A stretch of 56,338 nucleotides of DNA, filler included, from Sphacelaria rigidula (lineage: Eukaryota): assembly GCA_964200075.2 (NCBI GenBank). It is 6 parts of 6 records of this genome, joined end to end, with 100 filler letters (N's around TTAATTAATTAA, not from the genome) between each part and the next. Parts side by side here need not be neighbours in the genome. Positions count along the whole stretch, not along the records: positions 47,033 to 56,338 come from CAXNAA020008794.1; 5 more parts are not named here. One strand, given 5' to 3'. A program made the position numbers and the translations under genes. Below the pieces are notes generated by a model. That model was not told where the DNA came from and ran no database searches. It saw nothing but the letters and a program-made list of their open reading frames with translations. Shown one piece after another: positions 50,112-56,338 of the stretch (the stretch's first letter is position 1; each line of letters begins with the position of its first letter).

Positions 50112-51328
50112 CTGCGGTAAGAAAATGGAAAGACACTTACTACCGAAAGAAAATATAACTGAGAAATTAATCAATAAAAAATTGACGCTGAGTGGTAGAG
50201 GATGCTTGAAATAGTTCTTGGTGGAGAGGCAACACCCACGTTGAAAAGGCCGTTTGCGGTGCATATGCTGCGCGTCATGTTTGTTTGCTTGTGCGTTGTG
50301 ATGATTGTCACGATGATTAGCACATTGCAACCGCGGGATAGAGAAACAGCACTGGTAATAGTGCCAGCAATGCGCATGCGCATGCGCATGCATACACAAA
50401 GAGTAAAGCACAAGCAGCGTAAGACATGAAGCACTAAAACGTCTGCTAATCTGTCTTACCCACGAGAAAAGGCTACTGCATGTCCACCGGCCACAACGTT
50501 TAGTTGTGCATCACTCCTGTTCATCGACCACGTCTAGTTAGCGTTCACCCATGCCTACAAAATCCATCTGGAAACTCGAGCGACCGTCAGCGAGCAAAAT
50601 CTCGGAATGGACGGCATACGTGGTCAAGGGTTAAATACAAACCTGCTGAATTATCTATCCAGGCTGAGGATCTTTACTCGCCAACGTATTATTACACACA
50701 AACGTGGTGGGATTGGCCCATCACCACTACTCCGGATGGGTTCAGTTCGTTCGATGCCCGATAGAGGAACTTTTCTCTTGTTTGCGTCGTCCGCAAGCCA
50801 CACGTACGAGAGTAGATAAGATTAATCGGTGCCAGTCGACTAGTTGCTGTAATGCTGACCCAGTGCTCGAAAATACAGTGCATGTCAGGCACTGGAGGAG
50901 AGATGGAGTGGCCCATTGACACGACGAACTCGCCCAAGGACAGGCAAGGATTGACGGAACGACAGGAAATGGAAGACTGTCGAGTGTAGCAGTTTGTTGA
51001 ACAATGTGCTTGACTCCGGAAATGCACTTTACACAGTGAGGAGCAAGGGCAGTGTCGGTGTGATCCTGATTTTCTCAATGTTTGTGACCCATGCACCAGT
51101 CTACATCGCAGACGATAGCCCTCCGTAAATAAGTCTCTCTTTGCTACCCGTGACACGAATTGCTATAGGATTTGCTGCCAATCCAAATTCTACACGAGGT
51201 TGACTGGCATTGGGGGGGGGAGGGCGCTACTGACGGGCGAGGCATGAAGCATCACTGCAGTTTATGTCATTTCCCACCTGTACGTATATGACCTCACTTG
51301 TTTCGATTTCAGACACCTGCGTTATGTA

Positions 51329-51817
51329 GACCTTGAATAGCGGATGCTACCGGCGGAACAGTATGCTCCGCAGAACTCGTATCGCCACGGTACGTCAACT
51401 CTTGAGCGACCAATATTAAAAACAACGGTACGAAATAGCATATCTTTATCGTGATTGGTATAATTTTGTAGAGATAGAATCGATCACAGGGCAGATAGCA
51501 TAACAACCAAGCTTCAACAGCCGAAAAACTCGGTTCGGACAAAAAACAAACGAGAAAAGGCGAGGTGTATCACTTGGTGTGGCACGTTTGTTTCTCACTT
51601 GTTTTTCGCCAATAGCGGGGTTTTTGGCAAATCAGGCTTAGTCGTTATGCTATCCACCATGTGATCGATTTAACTACCGAGGAATTCTGTTCATCAGGAT
51701 AGGGGTGTGCTATTTCATGCCGTTGTTTGAATATTCTTCGCCCTACAATAACGTGCTGTGGCGATACGAGTTCTGCGGAGCATACTGTTCAGCCGATAGC
51801 ACCGGCCATTCAAGGTC
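51329..51817. mobile_element. MITE-like element with ~60-bp inverted repeats
   Basis: 51329-51388 versus the reverse complement of 51758-51817, including an exact GAACAGTATGCTCCGCAGAACTCGTATCGCCAC block. Confidence 0.75.
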
Positions 51818-52329
51818 GGCATAGGGTATGTGACTCATTTTGAAACAATACCCAACATGAGCGTCTGGTCAAAATCACAAACTGATTGCTCTTCCAGGAA
51901 GATAATTCCGTGCATCATTTGATTTCTGTACTGAAAGACGCCGCCAAATCACGGGGTCCGACTCAGCCCACACACGAACACATTCCGCAACCAAAACAAT
52001 ATATATGCCGCCCAGAGAAAGGGCCAGGCAAGTTCCCCCGGCTCCACTCAGTACATCCCCATCTCTCGATCAGCCAGCGACGGTAACATCTGCAGCAGGC
52101 GACGTATGAGACGGAGGCGACGTATGAGACGGCCATGTACGTTTGTAACGGCTGCTATTGGCTACCCTGTGCGCACAGCGTTAGTTCGATCTGCAGCTGG
52201 CCGTTCGATCGACGCACTGCACTATGCATGCCTTCAGGACAACCAAGCGGCGGAACCGTGTCCGGGAGTGCCCAGGGACAAGAATTGTATCTTGGCTACT
52301 CACCCAGCTCATCCCGACGCGTTGTTTCT

Positions 52330-52740
52330 CTTTTATCTTACTTTAAATTCCTCCCCTTCCTCGGGCCGAGCCCGTACTCTAATGGTCTCCCAGTCCCAAG
52401 AAATCAATCCATCTCGTCTCGATACACGCCGTGGAATTTGGTGTTGCGGGTTGGGTCAGCACTCCCGCACAGCTTCAGACGCTTTCTTCGATAGCCCCCC
52501 TCAAAGCCAGTCCAAAACTGTAACGAAGAAAACGGTCATAGAGCGCTTGATGTTTGTTTGGTTTCAAGCTTCATAAAGCGCCTCATACTCGCGACATTGG
52601 CGAAAACGAACCCTATTGTGGGAATTCCCAGCTGCTTCTTATGCTCGGCTTCTTTCAAAGCGGTTTACATGTAGAGTTTGCCTCTCCAAACTAGCCACGT
52701 TTCTAAGAGTGGGCTGTCGTAAAAAATGTCTTCAGCTGTC
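52330..52740 (-). mobile_element. 3' end of a retroelement (ORF C-terminus ...GAIEESV* plus 3' tail)
   Basis: Homologous to 56070-56260 (-) in the coding-like part, and to SINE Y tail 14185-14290 (+) in the tail; ends A-rich. Confidence 0.6.
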
Positions 52741-53268
52741 GACGAACGAACTCAGTCAACTACTTTTTGTTCACCCACGTACTCCCGCTTTCGACGGTGG
52801 AAATCTGATACTCCGAAGAAAAAAACCAACGCAGCATCGATAGTCAAAACCACGTTCTCTCCACCCCAGTGACATTGCCAGCACATGATTGACGCTAGCA
52901 ATATGCCATGAGAGCACGGACGAGGTACTTGGCCATCGACGATGTGATCGCAACACACGCCACCGCCGCACGGGCATCATGTCAGGAGACACTTCTCGCT
53001 CGAAACAGTGGTGCGCAAACTTTTATTGTTCACAAAGTGTCCTGCCGTGAAACTACGTGCTTGTACTGTATTGTGACCTTCACATATACGCATGCTGAGT
53101 GCCACGCCGAACATATTGCTTCCCGTTATTTTGCATGGCGTGGCTATATGTCCGCTAGCCATCACCCTCGAACACACGTTTCGGTTTTTGGTCGACCAGT
53201 CACTGATGGGTTTGGGAATGATCGAACCACGGCGCAGTCCAAGGACGTGAACAAGTGATATTTCTCAC

Positions 53269-53478
53269 CCGCTTGGCATCGTGATTGATACCTAGTGTGA
53301 TGATCGCGTCGACGAGAGAATCCACAGCAACCCCTTCTCCTTGCCCTCTCTTTGCCGTCGCTGCTGCTGCCGCCTGGAACCAGTCGTGCAATGCACGTTT
53401 TGTCGCCAGCTGTATCCTCGCCCTGCTCGACGCACGACGTTCCAGAGAAGTGGTGATGTCCGTCATACAACGGCGACG
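53269..53478 (-). CDS. Upstream exon of the EF-hand-like gene
   Basis: ...KRALHDWFQAAAAATAKRGQGEGVAVDSLVDAIITLGINHDAKR|gtgaga; the phase-0 join to VHRMVSGEADAVSGLLTLNAFTSAI gives helix-loop-helix x2 spacing. The start may be the acceptor at 53479 or the ATG at 53466. Confidence 0.6.
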
Positions 53479-56069
53479 CTACGAACGGTGTCGATGCCTA
53501 ATCTCCGTGGCCATCGGTATGGTTCTACAACACTGTGGCAGGGAAAGAAACGAGTCGCTTGTCCAGCAAAACACGTTCATAACCCGACACTGTTTTGAGC
53601 CTCGGCAAAGCCCTCACTTCTCGCTCCTACCTAAAATGGTGATGTTGGTTGACGATGGATTGAGTATAGGTTGTTTGGTTCTCGTACATTGACTGACCGC
53701 CAATGGCTCCAGCCGCAGGCACAAGATCGACGCACGTCTCCCAGTTAAAAGGACGGAAACAATCGCTGAAGGAAACTCGAGAAAGGGGAGGAATGGAAAA
53801 GCAAGAAAAAAAATTGAGTGAAAAACTGACGGGAAAGAAACACGACGACGACGACGACGACGACGACACAACCAGGACAACAACCACGACTAGCACTGCT
53901 ACTACATAAGGGAGGAAGGAAGGGGAAAAAAAAGAAGAAAACCAGAAAACCAGAAAGCGTAGGGCTAGCATCGAGTACCCACTCCGAGAAAAATTCCCTG
54001 CGGACTCCTTCCGCATGGCTTCAGGTGAGAAGTCGTGCAACAAGAAGAACCCAACATTGCAACGGGAGCAGATTACGACTCAGCTATCCAAGGACCACAC
54101 TATTTGGGCCGGAACCCTTTCTTATCCACGATCTATACAGGAGCGAGGCATAGACGCTAACACGGCATGAAACAAAAGCAACGAGGACAGGAGGAGAAGA
54201 AGAAGAGATGCAAAGAAGAAAGAGAGGGGGGAAGAGGGGAAAACCAGAAAGCAAGGGGAGGGGAAAATGGCATATCGTATATCCGATACATGGGGATTAG
54301 TACCAGGCGATCGATATTTCGGGCCCTATTTTCATCTGACCCGACAACGCCAGCTACTCACTAGCGGGTCGGCTCTGTGCGGGTAGAGAAAAGCTATCCT
54401 CCCAGAGATGATAGGTAGTGCATACAATTTGTTTGTGCTTCACCTGTACGAGTTCTTTCCTGCCCATTGGTTTATCTCGGCAACGCGTTGCTTCTCCCTC
54501 AGTCGGGACAAGGTTTGGTGCCTGGTGCGCCTGTATCAAGAGCAAGATTATCGCATAGTGATTTTGGGTATATCAAACGGGTATCGCTCACAAGCAGAGA
54601 ATAAATAGAGAAAGTTGCATCAATAGGAGGTAGCACACAAAAAGTATGTGTGATCATTCGTGAGAACGTCAAATACGCGTATCGTGGTGTCTGTAGTCAC
54701 CTTTCATTTAGGTTCGCATGAATACATGGCGATTCTTCGGTTAATGTCTTCATCACCGTAGAGCACGGTAAACCTAATGTCTTACTGTGCGGCAGGTACT
54801 GAAGATAGCCAATGACTGTTTTACAGTAGATCTAAGGCGCGGTATATGAGAATGCCAGGCCGCAAGGAGCCACTTCGGCAGCCAAAACCTTCAGGCGCAC
54901 ATCTCAGCGTGTCGGCCAGCTGCACCATTTTCGAAGGCCTCGAACACCATCCCCGACAAAAACATCCAACCCACAGAAACGTTTTGGACTGTACAGTAAT
55001 TCCCCCAAAGTAAAGACCTCGTGAATGCCGGCGTTGTCGAAAGGATATCAGCTTGGGTAGCAGTAGAAGAGAGTGTGTGCAACGTTTTCTGTTTGTAGGG
55101 CTGCATCTATTTTCCTGCTCCATTCTCACACATGTTTCGGTTTTGAAGCTCTGGCACACTTTCTACTCGCGATTGAGGAGGTCAAAGATTCCTGGCAACA
55201 CTGAACGTCCCGTTGTTTCTGTGTGGAAAGAATCGCCCCCACTCTGTAGCCCAGTGAATAGCGTACAGAACAACCTCCTGTACGGGGAATCAATCTTCTG
55301 CAGGATAACAACACCCTGGTGCGTTTTGGTATGTATTGCGCGTCCCGGTAGTCGAAACGTACAGCGTACGCCATCATGTCGGGAAAACGTGGGTTCGACT
55401 CCCGCCAAACGCGCTTTTTGTACTGCGAACTATCATGCCCGTCCTAAAAAGCATGGGGACGTGAGTCGCAAAGCAAACGCGTACTTGGCCGAGTGTGCTC
55501 GAGAGTCGACGCGATAGAGGCTTGCTGATTCAATCCGCGACAACGAAATGTACCGCGTTCATCGCGGCAGAGATGGGTGGATTCCTTGGGACCATGGAAG
55601 CGTCCAAGGGGAGGGAAGGGGCTGAAAAACGTGCCCAAAAAAAGTACAACGCAGAAGCACTGCCTCACATGGAGCCACGGCAATGCCTCTCGCCGTTCCA
55701 CTCACAAGCCATGGCGCACCTAGCACGAGGAAAACTTAGTGCAGTTTAGAGCCCAAAAAATATACGCGAGAGCATACAAATGCTCAAAAAGATCAGATGC
55801 GTGAGCCTACGATGTCAGCAGTAGGGGCATGTTCAAACCCGCAACTAGATCCCGATTCGAAAATGAGCAAGCACACCATCACTTTGCATGCCACAGCCCC
55901 CCACCGTAAGCTGCACGCAATTGTCGAGCGACTCCACCTTTCCCTACTGCCCTCAAACGCCAATTTCTTCCACGAAATCGGAACAGACGCTTAGCATATA
56001 ACAGGTAGAATGACGTCACCGTAGGCTCTCAGCATCCTGTAGAGATCAAGCAATCACACTCACCTGTAT

Positions 56070-56260
56070 TTTCGCGTGGGAGACACTTTCTACGATAGCC
56101 CCCCTCAGAACCAGCCCAAAAGTATCACGAAAACTCTGGTCATACAGCGCCTGATGTTTTGGTTCAGCCTGCATGAAACGCCTCAGATGGGCGACATTGG
56201 CAAGAACGAACCGAACTTGGGAATTCCCAGCTGCTCGTTGTGCTCCGCTTCTTTCCATTT
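56070..56260 (-). mobile_element. Second fragment of the same retroelement 3' region
   Basis: FVLANVAHLRRFMQAEPKHQALYDQSFRDTFGLVLRGAIVESV; DNA colinear with 52480-52650. Confidence 0.6.
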
Positions 56261-56338
56261 CGATTTACGTGAGCATCTTGCCGCCCCAAATTAGGCACTT
56301 TGGGGGGGGGGGGGGGCGTACCCATTTGTTGCTTTCCT

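Noticed and set aside
50112-50411. His/Cys-rich N-terminus of the 452-aa ORF (MHAHAHAHC...)
   Set aside because: Lies upstream of a clear splice acceptor and includes a (GCGCAT)n microsatellite; probably intronic.

Overview
This is eukaryotic, intron-rich, transposon-rich nuclear DNA, most likely from a brown alga or related photosynthetic stramenopile. That assignment is an inference from a nucleus-encoded DXR carrying a signal peptide plus a 'VTA-F' plastid-targeting motif, and from multi-kb GT-AG introns. The window is not one locus. It is six separate contigs of 9307, 9307, 9306, 9306, 9306 and 9306 bp joined by identical artificial 100-nt linkers (N44-TTAATTAATTAA-N44). Four partial spliced genes can be supported: an ankyrin-repeat protein (+, 3 exons), the C-terminal exons of an AAA+ ATPase (+), the first three exons of plastid-targeted DXR (+), and a protein with a degenerate EF-hand-like pair (-). 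Most remaining recognisable sequence is decayed mobile DNA: LINE fragments, a hAT-like transposase relic, a probable Helitron RepHel relic, a long-TIR foldback element, MITEs and tRNA-derived SINE-like elements. The most notable region is the 4.9-kb ankyrin-gene intron. It holds a nest of elements (SINE within SINE, split by a hAT-like element) and a 267-nt near-perfect hairpin whose arm differences are mostly G-U wobbles on the host-gene strand, making it a candidate miRNA/hpRNA precursor. I found no CRISPR array, rRNA or intact tRNA gene, and no convincing new protein-based system. All family assignments come from motif recognition by eye, without database searches.
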